Shown one piece after another: positions 29,782 through 39,430 of a stretch of 64,000 nucleotides of DNA (position 1 is its first letter; every line of letters begins with the position of its first letter). Under the pieces are notes generated by a model. That model saw only the letters and a program-made list of their open reading frames with translations, had not been told where the DNA came from and did no database searches. The DNA is from an uncultured Acidobacteriota bacterium (lineage in GTDB: Bacteria > Acidobacteriota > UBA6911), in NCBI GenBank assembly GCA_963773605.1, contig CAVZBT010000012.1, positions 780,865 through 844,864 of the forward strand. The letters run 5' to 3'. Position numbers and translations under genes: made by a program.

Positions 29782-32700
29782 CCATGAATAGCACGATCGG
29801 GCACCAGTACATCACCGACGCAAGAGACTACCGGCATCTGGCGGACCGAAAGCGCTACAAGGCCCTGTACGACGACGTAGGCACGCTCGAGGCCAACCGC
29901 CAGGTCCGCCGGCGCGAAGAGCGGATGAAATATTTCAACCCGAGGCCGGCGGCCCGCATCCTGGAACTGGGCGCGCACAACGGGCCGAACCTGATCCACT
30001 ATGCCCGGAAGGGGCATGTGGTTCACGGCGTGGAATTATCCGACACCCTCGCCGAAACGTTCGTGTCCGCCCTCGCCGGTGAACCTCCGGACGTGCAGGC
30101 CCGGATCCGCATGTACCGGGGATGGATAGCGGACTTCAAACCCGAGGAGTCTTACGACCACGTGCTCTGTGCCGAGATACTCGAGCACGTCACCGACCCG
30201 GTGGAAGTCCTGAAGGTCGCGCGCGCGGCCCTCACCGCTTCGGGCACGCTCTACCTCTCGGGCCCCTCCCGCCACTGGGGGAACAACACCTACGTCCGGG
30301 GCGTGCCGGCAGCAGACCTGGAACGCTGGCTGAAGTCCGCCCGCCTCACGTACTCGGAGATGTGGGAGGAAGAAGGACGGACATTCTGCATCGCCCATGC
30401 AACCGATTTGCGAGTGATTGGCCTGACGAGGGTCCGGAACGAGGCGGCCATCATCCGGGAAACATTGGATCACATGGCGCGGTTCTGCAACGGCGGCATT
30501 GTCGTGTACGACGACGTCTCGTCGGACTCGACCCCCGAGATCTGCCGCGCGCACCCTGCAGTCCTCGACGTCGTGCGGGGAGAACTCTGGGACGGCAATA
30601 GGGGTCGGGCAGAATACGCCGGCCGGGCGGTCCTCCTTGCCCGTGGAAAGCGAGAAGCCGGGCCGCGCGATTGGTTCGTTTACATGGACGCGGATGAAAG
30701 AATCGAGTTCGACTGGAGCAGTCTCCTGCTCTGCCCTGACGACGTCGTGGGCGTGCGGATGAAGCTATTCGACTACTACATCACGGAAGAGGACGTGCAG
30801 AGATCCTACGCGGAACGCAGGTGGCTAGGACCCGAGTACCGGCCCATTCTGATGGCATTCCGCAACCTGCCGTCGCTTTCCTACAGCCGTCCGGACCAGC
30901 GCCAAGCGGACCTCGGGCCCGACGGCACGATCCTGGATGCCGGCCACGTCAAGCACTACGGCAAGGCGGTTTCCGTCGCGCAGTGGGAGGACGCCTGCCG
31001 GTACTACAGCGGTTACTTTGCCGGCTACGCGGCGAAATGGAACGCGCGCAAGGGAAAGGCCGTCCACACGCACTCGGACTTCGGCAACCCCTTGATCAGG
31101 TGGGAGGAGAAGGAAGCCAAGGGCATCCCGCTGACGCCCGAGATCGAGGCGGCCGCGGCGCAGAAGACGCTCGCCGAGCCGCGGCCCGGTCTGAGGGTGC
31201 TCCTGACGAATCATCAACTGCTGGACTTCACAGGCTCCGAGCTCTTCACCTATACCGTCGCCGATTTCCTGAGGAGAGAGGGGCACGAAGTCGTCGTCTA
31301 CTCCCGGTACGTCGACAAGATCGGCCGCCGGCTCCGCGGCATCGGCGTGCGGGTCGTGCAGGACCTGGACGAAATCGCCGGCGAGCGGTTCGACATTGCC
31401 CACGTGCATCACAATCTCAACGCGATGGAAATCCGGCACCGCTTCCCACAATTGCCGATCATCATGGTCTCCCATGGCGTTCTTCCCTTCCTGGAGCAAC
31501 CGCCGGCCGTCGACCTGAGGATCGCCCGGTACCTCGCGGTGAGTGAGGAGGTCCGAGAGAATCTCCTGTCAAGGGGCGTGCCGGCCGGAACTGTTTCGGT
31601 TTTCAGAAACGTCGTGGACTCACAGCGCTTCAGCCCCACTTGCCCGATCCGGGAGAAGCCGGAGCGCGCGTTAGTCCTGAGTTCACGGCTCGACTCCGGG
31701 CGGGAAAGGACCGTTCGGGAAGCGTTCTCGGCCCTGGGCATCCTGGGACGCTTTGTGGGGGGGCGCTTCGGAGAGGCTGACCCGTCGCTGTTGCCCTCGT
31801 ACATCAACGAGGCCGATATCGTGTTTTCCCTCGGAAGAGGCGCAGTCGAGGCCATGCTGTGCGGCCGCATCCCGGTGATATACGACTATCTCGGCGCAGA
31901 CGGGCTCGTGACCCCGGGAAACCTCGGGGACCTGATGGCGCGCAATTTCTCGGGCCGGACGCACCGCACGGAATACACCCCGGCACAACTGGCCGATGAG
32001 ATCCGGCAATACCGAAGAGAGTATGGATGGCAGCTCCGCACCCTTGCGTTGGAGCACTTCGACGCCGGGACGAGGATGCCGGGGTTGATCCGGATCTACC
32101 ACGAGGCGCTTTCCGTCGCCGTCCCCGAAATGTCTACGCGAGACAAAGAACAACTGTCGGCCTTCGTCGAAACCGTCCGTGAGACCCGGAATTACTCCTA
32201 CAGCCAGGTGATCCGGAAGCACGGCCGGGATCTCCAGGCCCTATCCCGCACGACCATACCGGCCCCCGGGCTGCCCACGGGCGCAGAGGCGGCGCGATCG
32301 GCAGCGGAGCTCAGGGATCTGCTCTGGCTCGACGGCACGGAATCCGGCGCACACCACGAGCTCGGACTGTTGCACTATGCGCGGGGCAGCAAACACGACG
32401 CGCTGGAGTGTTTCCGAAAGGCGGTGGAGCTTGACCGTGAAGATGCCGCGGCCAGCAAGGACCTGGCCCTGCTTTATCTGGAAATGTGGCCGGCGCTCGC
32501 GCGGGAAAGAGATGAGCGCACGGAGCAGCTGCAACGGCAGGAATGCCGGATAAAGGAACTCGAGGCCCACAATTCGAACCTCCGGCAAATCGTGGAGTGC
32601 ACCATGCCGCGGATGCGCACCGAGCTCTACGAGGAGAAGATGTTGAGGCTGGCGAGCCGTATCCGGCGGCGCGGCATTCGCGACGTGCTCGTCTACGGCG

Positions 32701-32957
32701 CAGGCGAAGCGGGCCGGGCCTTTGCCAGGGCAGCCCAAACCGTCGGGCTGCGCCCCTGCGGTTTTGTGGATAAGAAGCCATCCCTGTGGGGATCGCAGGT
32801 GGAGGGCGTGGAGGTCCTGTCCCTCGACGCCGCCATGGGCAGAGGCATTCACGTGTACGCGGTCGGATCGTTCGCCTTTGCTTCCGAGATCCAGCACGAG
32901 ATCCGCCTCGCCTACGCCGCGGCCGGGTGCAGACCGCGGATTTTTGCGATCCATTGA
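29778..32957 (+). CDS. 1059-aa multidomain enzyme: class I SAM-dependent methyltransferase, GT2-like domain, GT4-like domain, TPR/coiled-coil, and C-terminal Rossmann-like module
   Basis: MT: ILELGAHNGPNLIHYARKGHVVHGVELSD...VLCAEILEHVTDP. GT2-like: VIGLTRVRNEAAIIRETLDHMARFCNGGIVVYDDVSSDST...YMDADE. GT4-like: LRVLLTNHQLLDFTGSELFTY...GRIPVIYDYLGADGLV. TPR: HELGLLHYARGSKHDALECFRKAVELD, then a coiled coil. C-terminus: VLVYGAGEAGRAFARAAQTVGLRPCGFVDKKPSLWGSQVEGVEVLSLD. The ORF-track start 28851 is an artifact of an open frame overlapping the GT4-B gene. Confidence 0.8.
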   Translation: MTMNSTIGHQYITDARDYRHLADRKRYKALYDDVGTLEANRQVRRREERMKYFNPRPAARILELGAHNGPNLIHYARKGHVVHGVELSDTLAETFVSALAGEPPDVQARIRMYRGWIADFKPEESYDHVLCAEILEHVTDPVEVLKVARAALTASGTLYLSGPSRHWGNNTYVRGVPAADLERWLKSARLTYSEMWEEEGRTFCIAHATDLRVIGLTRVRNEAAIIRETLDHMARFCNGGIVVYDDVSSDSTPEICRAHPAVLDVVRGELWDGNRGRAEYAGRAVLLARGKREAGPRDWFVYMDADERIEFDWSSLLLCPDDVVGVRMKLFDYYITEEDVQRSYAERRWLGPEYRPILMAFRNLPSLSYSRPDQRQADLGPDGTILDAGHVKHYGKAVSVAQWEDACRYYSGYFAGYAAKWNARKGKAVHTHSDFGNPLIRWEEKEAKGIPLTPEIEAAAAQKTLAEPRPGLRVLLTNHQLLDFTGSELFTYTVADFLRREGHEVVVYSRYVDKIGRRLRGIGVRVVQDLDEIAGERFDIAHVHHNLNAMEIRHRFPQLPIIMVSHGVLPFLEQPPAVDLRIARYLAVSEEVRENLLSRGVPAGTVSVFRNVVDSQRFSPTCPIREKPERALVLSSRLDSGRERTVREAFSALGILGRFVGGRFGEADPSLLPSYINEADIVFSLGRGAVEAMLCGRIPVIYDYLGADGLVTPGNLGDLMARNFSGRTHRTEYTPAQLADEIRQYRREYGWQLRTLALEHFDAGTRMPGLIRIYHEALSVAVPEMSTRDKEQLSAFVETVRETRNYSYSQVIRKHGRDLQALSRTTIPAPGLPTGAEAARSAAELRDLLWLDGTESGAHHELGLLHYARGSKHDALECFRKAVELDREDAAASKDLALLYLEMWPALARERDERTEQLQRQECRIKELEAHNSNLRQIVECTMPRMRTELYEEKMLRLASRIRRRGIRDVLVYGAGEAGRAFARAAQTVGLRPCGFVDKKPSLWGSQVEGVEVLSLDAAMGRGIHVYAVGSFAFASEIQHEIRLAYAAAGCRPRIFAIH

Positions 32958-32970
32958 CGGAGCCAGGAGC

Positions 32971-34032
32971 ATGACCGAATCGGACAAGCTCAGCGTCATC
33001 GTGCTGATGCACAACAACGTTCCCATGACACGGAACTGCCTGGAGACCCTGTCGAAGGCGGTTACGGGATTGGACCACGAAGTCCTTCTGCTGGACAACG
33101 CCTCGACCGATGACACGGGACCGCTGCACGAGTGCGGTGGCTGGTTCCAACGGTTCAAGATCTGCAGGAACGAGGACAACAGCCCGTTCGCCTCGGCGAA
33201 CAACCGGGCCGTGCGCGAGACCTCGGGGCAATGGCTTCTTTTCCTCAACAACGACGTGACCGTGGGGCGCGACAGCGTCGAGCGGCTGCTGGCGCCGCTC
33301 CGCGAAGACCAGGGAATCGGCATCACGGGGGCCAAGCTGCTTTTCCCCGGCGAGGCGGCAGTCCAGCACGCGGGCATCGGACAGATGTTGTGGGGTTACC
33401 CAAGCAACTACGGGGTAGGCGCCTCGCCCGTGGATGCCAGGGTGAACCAGCGTTGCGAGCGGTTCGCGCTGACGGGCGCGATGCTCTGCCTGAGACGCAG
33501 TGTCTTCGAAACGGTCGGCGGTTTCGACGAGCGCTACGTCTGGGGCGTCGAGGACGTCGACCTCTGTCTGAAGATCAGGGCCGCCGGCCTCAAACCGGTC
33601 TATCAACCGGAGGCCGTCAGTGTGCACGTCGAATCCGCTACCCTGAAGGTCACCCGGACGTGGGACCTGGACCACAACTACAGGCTTTACCGGAACCTCT
33701 GGGACAGGGAGCTGCGCGCGCGTGAACAGGGCTATGTGCGCCGGCTCGAACGCGAGGGGATTCGCAGGGTCGCTGTGTTCGGAACCGGAGTCGCCGCCCG
33801 GGGACTGGCGCGGGTGCTCGACGACAGTGGCATCCGGATCGTGACCTTCACGTCATCGCAAACGGCAGGCACGGGCGAAATCTTCCTCGATAGGCCGGTG
33901 CTCCCGCTTGTCTCCCTCAAGAGGGTCGCCTACGACAGGCTGATCGTGGCGACGCAGTACTTTTTCGAGGTGGAGCCGATCCTCCGTGCGTTGGACCCGG
34001 TGGGGGAGCCGATTTTCCCGGTCTTGATGTGA
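32971..34032 (+). CDS. glycosyltransferase family 2 fused to C-terminal Rossmann-like module
   Basis: GT-A motifs (LSVIVLMHNN...LLLDNASTDDT...ANNRAV...LFLNNDV (DxD)...GVEDVDLCLK). C-terminal VAVFGTGVAARGLARVLDDSGIRIVTFTSS...YDRLIVA is homologous to the C-termini of 26354-27091 and 29778-32957. Confidence 0.8.
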   Translation: MTESDKLSVIVLMHNNVPMTRNCLETLSKAVTGLDHEVLLLDNASTDDTGPLHECGGWFQRFKICRNEDNSPFASANNRAVRETSGQWLLFLNNDVTVGRDSVERLLAPLREDQGIGITGAKLLFPGEAAVQHAGIGQMLWGYPSNYGVGASPVDARVNQRCERFALTGAMLCLRRSVFETVGGFDERYVWGVEDVDLCLKIRAAGLKPVYQPEAVSVHVESATLKVTRTWDLDHNYRLYRNLWDRELRAREQGYVRRLEREGIRRVAVFGTGVAARGLARVLDDSGIRIVTFTSSQTAGTGEIFLDRPVLPLVSLKRVAYDRLIVATQYFFEVEPILRALDPVGEPIFPVLM

Positions 34033-34051
34033 ACCGGAGCCTGGGAGCCAA

Positions 34052-35200
34052 ATGAGCGCTGAACCGTTGACGATTTTTCACATGATTGCCCAGCTGCGGC
34101 TCGGCGCGGGCCGGGTGGTGGCCGACGCCGCGATCGAGCAGGCGCGCGGAAGGGGGCACCGGGTGACGGTCTGTGTGAGCGCCGACGCGGAGGCGCACTG
34201 GCGCACGGATCCGAGACTCGCCGCCGAACTGGAGCGCCACAACATCGAGGTCCACACCCTCGGGGACTTCTTCCATCGCCGGCCCGATCAGCTTCGCCGC
34301 GCCGCGGAGCAACTGCGGGGCGCGCTGTCGAGGGACGGCGGCGCGGTCGTAGTGCATGCGCACACGGCCATGGCCGCAGCCGTCGGGCACTGGGCGCAGC
34401 CCGACGCCCTGGTTGCGACCTGTCACGGATGGGGCGCCGGCAGGCCTCAGGACATGGACCTGCAGGACGCCCTGGCTTACCAGCTGTGCGACGCGGTCCT
34501 CACCTACTCCCGCCACTGGGCAGCCCGGCTCAGTCAGGACCTGGGAGTGCGCTCTCCGAGGCTGATCCCGATGGGCCTCGACCTCGAACGGTTCCCGGAA
34601 TCGCGCATGACGCGCCGCGCTCAATCGACGCCATTCCGGGTGGTCACGGTCTGCGAGTTGACGGCGCGCAAGGGCGTCGACCTGCTTCTCGATGCCATGC
34701 CGGCAGTCTGGAGCCGCCTCCCGGACGCGGAGCTGCACATCATGGGTACCGGGGACCTGGCCGCCGAGCTGCGGTTCAGGGCGGCGGACCTTGACCCCGG
34801 TGCGAAGCGCATCGTTTTCTACGGCGCCGTCGCGAACCCGTATGCGCGGTTGGCGGAATTCGACCTCTTCGCCCTCGCCAGCAGGTCCGATAACCTGCCG
34901 GTCGTTCTGCTGGAAGCCATGCTGGCCGGGCTGCCGATTGTGGCCGCGGGGGTGGGCGGGGTTCCCGATCTCCTCTGCGCCGCAGGGTGCGGCGCCGTCG
35001 TTCCCTCGGGCTCCCCCCAGGCGCTCGCGGACGAAATCCTCGCCATGGCCCGGCTCGACCAGTCTAAGCGGGTCGAACAGGGATACAGCGGCGAGCAGTA
35101 TGCCCGCCGCGAATTCGACGCGCGCAGGGCAACCGCGTGCCTGGAGCAAATCTATCTCGAGGCGCTCGACAAGAAGCGCACCGAGGCTTCGCGCGGATAA
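34052..35200 (+). CDS. glycosyltransferase family 4
   Basis: GT-B fold with C-terminal FALASRSDNLPVVLLEAMLAGLPIVAAGVGGVPDLL motif. No membrane segments. Confidence 0.85.
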   Translation: MSAEPLTIFHMIAQLRLGAGRVVADAAIEQARGRGHRVTVCVSADAEAHWRTDPRLAAELERHNIEVHTLGDFFHRRPDQLRRAAEQLRGALSRDGGAVVVHAHTAMAAAVGHWAQPDALVATCHGWGAGRPQDMDLQDALAYQLCDAVLTYSRHWAARLSQDLGVRSPRLIPMGLDLERFPESRMTRRAQSTPFRVVTVCELTARKGVDLLLDAMPAVWSRLPDAELHIMGTGDLAAELRFRAADLDPGAKRIVFYGAVANPYARLAEFDLFALASRSDNLPVVLLEAMLAGLPIVAAGVGGVPDLLCAAGCGAVVPSGSPQALADEILAMARLDQSKRVEQGYSGEQYARREFDARRATACLEQIYLEALDKKRTEASRG

Positions 35201-35207
35201 ACCGATC

Positions 35208-37670
35208 ATGGGCATGCGGCCACCCCACATCATTCAGACAATCCCACTCCCCCGCTCAGGCGCTGCGCAGCCCGGCCCGCTCCACACGATCGTTTCGGAC
35301 GCCGCGGATAACCTTTACTACTCGGACGAAATCAACCACAGCATCGTCTCGCTGGACGACAAACGACAGGTCCGCTGGCAGAGGACGGCCTGCGGCAGCG
35401 CCCCAGGTGAGTTTCAATACCCGCGCGGCCTCTCCATCGGCTGGGTTGAACGGGACGGGCAGACGGTGCAGTGCGTGGCCATATGCGACGCCTGGAACCG
35501 TCGCGTGCAATTCCTGGATTTGTCTGGGAACCCGGTCCTGTCGTGGACGGGTGCGGGACAAAAACCGTTCGGGGAGGTCGCCGACGTCAGGTTCATCGCC
35601 GGCGACTTCAATCAAGGCCGCGCCGGCAAACCGATGAGCTTCTGGTTTGTGCTCGACCGGGGCAATCACCGTCTCTGCGCGATGTCCCTCGGCGGACAGC
35701 TTCTGTTTGAAATCGGGCGCGGTTTCCCTCCACATATGGGAACCCGCTGGGCGGTCCCGGGTCTGTTTCTCGAAAGCGAGCTGGAGCACGCCGGTCTGGT
35801 AAAAGACTTCCCTGCCCTCGATTTCACCTTCTACCCGGAGCGCATACTCGGGGATTCGGAGAACGCTCTCTACGTGTGGGAACCTTCCCCGCGGATCCTC
35901 AGGCAGGTCCTGCTCGGGAATTTGCTCCCGGTGAGGATCGCCGCGGAGAGACCGCTCGACTGGGTGTCCGCCGATGAATCCGGGTTGATCGGCTGGGACA
36001 GGCCACGCCGCCTCCTGTTCTACGGCTGGACCGGGGAACTCGAGCAGACGCTGGAAATCGCCGGCAACCCGATCGGGACCAGCAACTCGCCCGAGGGGTT
36101 CTGGCTCCAATGCGGCAGACAGATCGAACGGTGGGCCCGCGACGGCTTCGATCGGATCCGTTGTGAGCCGCGATTCCTCGATATCCGGGCTCCGCTGCTG
36201 CGGACCGCGCAGGCCGAGCTCGAGCGGTTCGATGGTGTCGCGTCGAGCACAGCGATCCGGCAGTGGACGGCCGTTGTGGACGACGGCCTGGCCCTGGCCG
36301 ACGAAGTGCTGACGCCGGAGCGGGACGAGGCCGCGCCGGACCTGAACCACACCCTGGCCGCGCTATGCGACCTGCCGCACAAACTGGGAGCCGCCGAGCA
36401 GCGGGTGCACGAGACCCTTCATGGTTTCTGCCTCGGCACCCTCGAGTGTCATCTGTCCGGAAGCCCGAACGGTGCCGGCAGCAACTCGATCGCCGGGGCG
36501 CGCAAACGATGGGCGCCGCTTTTTGAGCCCATCCGCACCAGGTTCGCGCCCCTGGCCGCGCGGTTGGACGACCTCCGGGCGCGCCGGCTCGGCATTGCCG
36601 CCGAAAGCCTGTCCCATCGACGCTGGGCGGATTCGTGGTGCCAGGCGGCCGGGGCCTGCGAAGAGCATCTCCAGCGCACCTTGGAATGGATCTACCGGTG
36701 GTCCGGCGTGGTCGAGGGGACCCAGGAACTGTTGCCTCTGCCGTGGATCCTGCCTCTGCCCGAGACACTGCGAGACCAGGCGCGCGCGCCAGGCCACGCG
36801 GCGTCCCGCAGGTCCCGCTGGAGCTACACACCGAAGCCGTCACGCCTTCGGGAAGTCCACAGGATGCCACTGGGCGCCGCTCCCTCGCCGCTGCATCCTC
36901 ACGGCCTCGCCTTCCTCGACGAGCGCCTGTTTGTGAGCCTCAACGGCGGCCACGAGGTCGTCGAGCTTCACCCGGCAGGCAACGTGACCCGCCGCATTGG
37001 AACGGGGGGAAGCGCCGCCGGCGCACTACGAAGGCCGGCGGGAATCGTGTTCGACGGTCGTGGGCGGCTCTGGGTGGTCGATTCCGAGAACCGGCGCGTG
37101 GTGTTATTGGACCTGGAACGCGGCTCCGCCGACCGCATCCCATCGGGCGCCGAATCGCCCTGGCTGAACTGCCACCCGTTCGGGATCGGCAGGATGGCCG
37201 ACGGATCGATGCTCGTGAGCGACTCGGGCAACCGCCTTGTGCGGGTCCGGCTCGACGGCGCCTGGGACATCCACACCGGGATTCAAGGAACGGGGTTAGG
37301 AGAGTTCCGGAATCCGACCCAGGTCAGCCCCGGGCTGGGGGGCACTCTCTGGATCGTGGACCGAAATAATCACCGCGTCCAGAAGCTTGACTCGGAAGGG
37401 CGATGCCTCCAGGCGATCGGCCGTTGTGGCCTGGGCCACGGGGAGCTGTTCACACCGGAGAGCGTCGCCCAGTTTGAAGACGGCGTCGTCGCCGTCGCGC
37501 AGAACCGCTGGAACCGCTGCATCAAGCTGTTCACGCCCGAGGGAGTTGAATTCGACAGGACGGTGCTCACCTACTTCGCGGAAGGCATGCGGGTCCACGG
37601 CGGCCGGCTGTACGTGGCGGCCATGGACCAGGATGCGATCGTCGTCTACGAACGCGAACAGGGCACTTGA
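35208..37670 (+). CDS. NHL-repeat (six-bladed beta-propeller) protein with central helical domain, cytoplasmic
   Basis: N-terminal NHL-like repeats (LYYSDEINHSIVSLD..., FVLDRGNHRLCAMSLGGQLL) and C-terminal NHL repeats (LWVVDSENRRVVLLD, LVSDSGNRLVRVRLDG, LWIVDRNNHRVQKLDSEG, AVAQNRWNRCIKLF) flank a roughly 330-aa alpha-helical region. No signal peptide. Start at the internal Met 35208 (MGMRPP). Confidence 0.75.
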   Translation: MGMRPPHIIQTIPLPRSGAAQPGPLHTIVSDAADNLYYSDEINHSIVSLDDKRQVRWQRTACGSAPGEFQYPRGLSIGWVERDGQTVQCVAICDAWNRRVQFLDLSGNPVLSWTGAGQKPFGEVADVRFIAGDFNQGRAGKPMSFWFVLDRGNHRLCAMSLGGQLLFEIGRGFPPHMGTRWAVPGLFLESELEHAGLVKDFPALDFTFYPERILGDSENALYVWEPSPRILRQVLLGNLLPVRIAAERPLDWVSADESGLIGWDRPRRLLFYGWTGELEQTLEIAGNPIGTSNSPEGFWLQCGRQIERWARDGFDRIRCEPRFLDIRAPLLRTAQAELERFDGVASSTAIRQWTAVVDDGLALADEVLTPERDEAAPDLNHTLAALCDLPHKLGAAEQRVHETLHGFCLGTLECHLSGSPNGAGSNSIAGARKRWAPLFEPIRTRFAPLAARLDDLRARRLGIAAESLSHRRWADSWCQAAGACEEHLQRTLEWIYRWSGVVEGTQELLPLPWILPLPETLRDQARAPGHAASRRSRWSYTPKPSRLREVHRMPLGAAPSPLHPHGLAFLDERLFVSLNGGHEVVELHPAGNVTRRIGTGGSAAGALRRPAGIVFDGRGRLWVVDSENRRVVLLDLERGSADRIPSGAESPWLNCHPFGIGRMADGSMLVSDSGNRLVRVRLDGAWDIHTGIQGTGLGEFRNPTQVSPGLGGTLWIVDRNNHRVQKLDSEGRCLQAIGRCGLGHGELFTPESVAQFEDGVVAVAQNRWNRCIKLFTPEGVEFDRTVLTYFAEGMRVHGGRLYVAAMDQDAIVVYEREQGT

Positions 37671-37717
37671 CGCTGGGGCGTGGCGCCGCGACTATTGTGG
37701 CAGAGCGCTTCCTGTCC

Positions 37718-39430
37718 TTATGCGATCAGTTCGGAGATGACCGCGCCCCACTTCCGCTCGTGCCGCCGGGCGTTGATGAAATGCAGGGAGCGGCGCACGT
37801 CGGAGGCCCACGACGCCCCCTCGAGGTGATAGAGCTCAACCCGGTTGTCGCAGAGTGTCCTCCTGCCCTGCTCCCTGAACCGCAGGCAGATGTCCGAGTC
37901 CTCGTAGTCGCCGCGGACAAAGCCGCTGTCGAGCATCCCGAGCGCCCGGTACTCCGCAGTCCTGAACATCATGCAGGCGCCGGTGACGGCGTGCACTTCG
38001 GTCAGCCCGTGGCATGGGACCAAGGCCGGGCTCATTCCCTTGTACGGGTGGTAGTTCACCAACAGATCCTGGAGGGCGGGATCGCGGCGCCAGGTCAGCC
38101 CGGCGTGCTGTAGCGACTCATCAGGGTACAGGAGCCGCGCTCCGACGATCCCGGCGGAGGGGTCGGCTTCCAGGTCCGAAATCAGGGTCTGCAGCCACTC
38201 CCTGGACTTCGGGAAGACGTCGGAGTTGAGCAGGAGGAGGTAGGTCGCGCGGGCAGCGGTTGCGCCGATGTTGCACGCCATGCTGAAACCGCACGTGCGA
38301 TTGGTGACCAGAAGCCGGACGGGCACGCCATACAAATCGTACAACCGGTGCAGCCGGACCTTGAACCGCTCCGGGTCGTCTTCCTCATCGTCGACATGGT
38401 GCTGGACCAGTATCAGTTCCTGCTGTTTGAGGAACGGATCGGCGGAGAAGTCCGAAAGCTGGTGCCGGATCAAATCGTAGGCCCGGAAGAAAGGCACCAC
38501 GATGCTGACCTTGGGATGCCGCGGCGCGTCGCCGAACTGGTACGCGGCAATCACCTTCACGCCGCTGTTCGCCTCGGCGTTCAAGGCTGCAATCACGTCG
38601 AGGAAGCGCTCTTCGGCGCCCATGCTCCGCTCGACGGATCGGCGGGCCGGGCCGCAGCAACGATTGAAGGCGACGACGAATTCGTCCAGCAGCGCTGCGG
38701 TGTCGGATGAGGGGTCGAGGTCGAGCGTACGCTCGCACCCGTCGGGATAACGGATGCGCAGCGCCGTTGAGTGGAATCGGGGAGGAACGAAGATCGCAAC
38801 CCCGGTCTTGTCGTCGGGCGCGCCGGCATCCGGGCCCGGATACCGAAACACGGCGGCTTCAACCGGCGCGGAGCCGGCATCACCGAGCAACGTCAGTCTA
38901 TCCGCGGGAACGCCGCCATCGGGGAGCCGGCCGACAATCGCCAGCGCGCCGTCATCGCTGCGGAAGCAGCTAATTGCCTGTTGATGGCAAACCGAGCCGG
39001 CCACAGCCATCGCCCCGCGCGCCGGCCAGGGAGAGAGGCTGCGCAGGCTCAGGTCGGGAGTCATGACATAGGCCGGAACCTCGCCGCACCCCCGGGCAAA
39101 ACCGACGAGCTGCTCGAATCCCTTGCCGTCCTTATTCCCCAGCGGCACCACGACGGCCGCGCACTTGTCCCAGTCCAGTTTCCCCTCGAGTTGCGAGCGC
39201 ATATCCGCTTCCAGGAACCGCTGCCCGCGATAATGTATGGTCTCGGCCCACGAGGGGTAGCGCTGGAGGTTGCCGGCGTTTGCTTCGAAAACCACCACAC
39301 GGTGGCGGGGGAACTGTGTGCGGATTTTGCCCAGGCATTCCGTGAAGGCATCCCACGGGACGCACCTCGGAACCAGGACGGCGGACGAATCGGCGGCAGG
39401 CATCAACACCTCCGGGGAAAAGGGCTTCAA
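37718..39430 (-). CDS. glycosyltransferase family 2 with about 300-aa N-terminal domain of unknown function
   Basis: C-terminal GT-A: VSIVVPFF...ACNIGATAARATYLLLLNSDVFP...DYEDSDICLR. The N-terminal half has no recognisable motifs. Its start overlaps the rfbD stop. Confidence 0.8.
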   Translation of the reverse strand: MKPFSPEVLMPAADSSAVLVPRCVPWDAFTECLGKIRTQFPRHRVVVFEANAGNLQRYPSWAETIHYRGQRFLEADMRSQLEGKLDWDKCAAVVVPLGNKDGKGFEQLVGFARGCGEVPAYVMTPDLSLRSLSPWPARGAMAVAGSVCHQQAISCFRSDDGALAIVGRLPDGGVPADRLTLLGDAGSAPVEAAVFRYPGPDAGAPDDKTGVAIFVPPRFHSTALRIRYPDGCERTLDLDPSSDTAALLDEFVVAFNRCCGPARRSVERSMGAEERFLDVIAALNAEANSGVKVIAAYQFGDAPRHPKVSIVVPFFRAYDLIRHQLSDFSADPFLKQQELILVQHHVDDEEDDPERFKVRLHRLYDLYGVPVRLLVTNRTCGFSMACNIGATAARATYLLLLNSDVFPKSREWLQTLISDLEADPSAGIVGARLLYPDESLQHAGLTWRRDPALQDLLVNYHPYKGMSPALVPCHGLTEVHAVTGACMMFRTAEYRALGMLDSGFVRGDYEDSDICLRFREQGRRTLCDNRVELYHLEGASWASDVRRSLHFINARRHERKWGAVISELIA

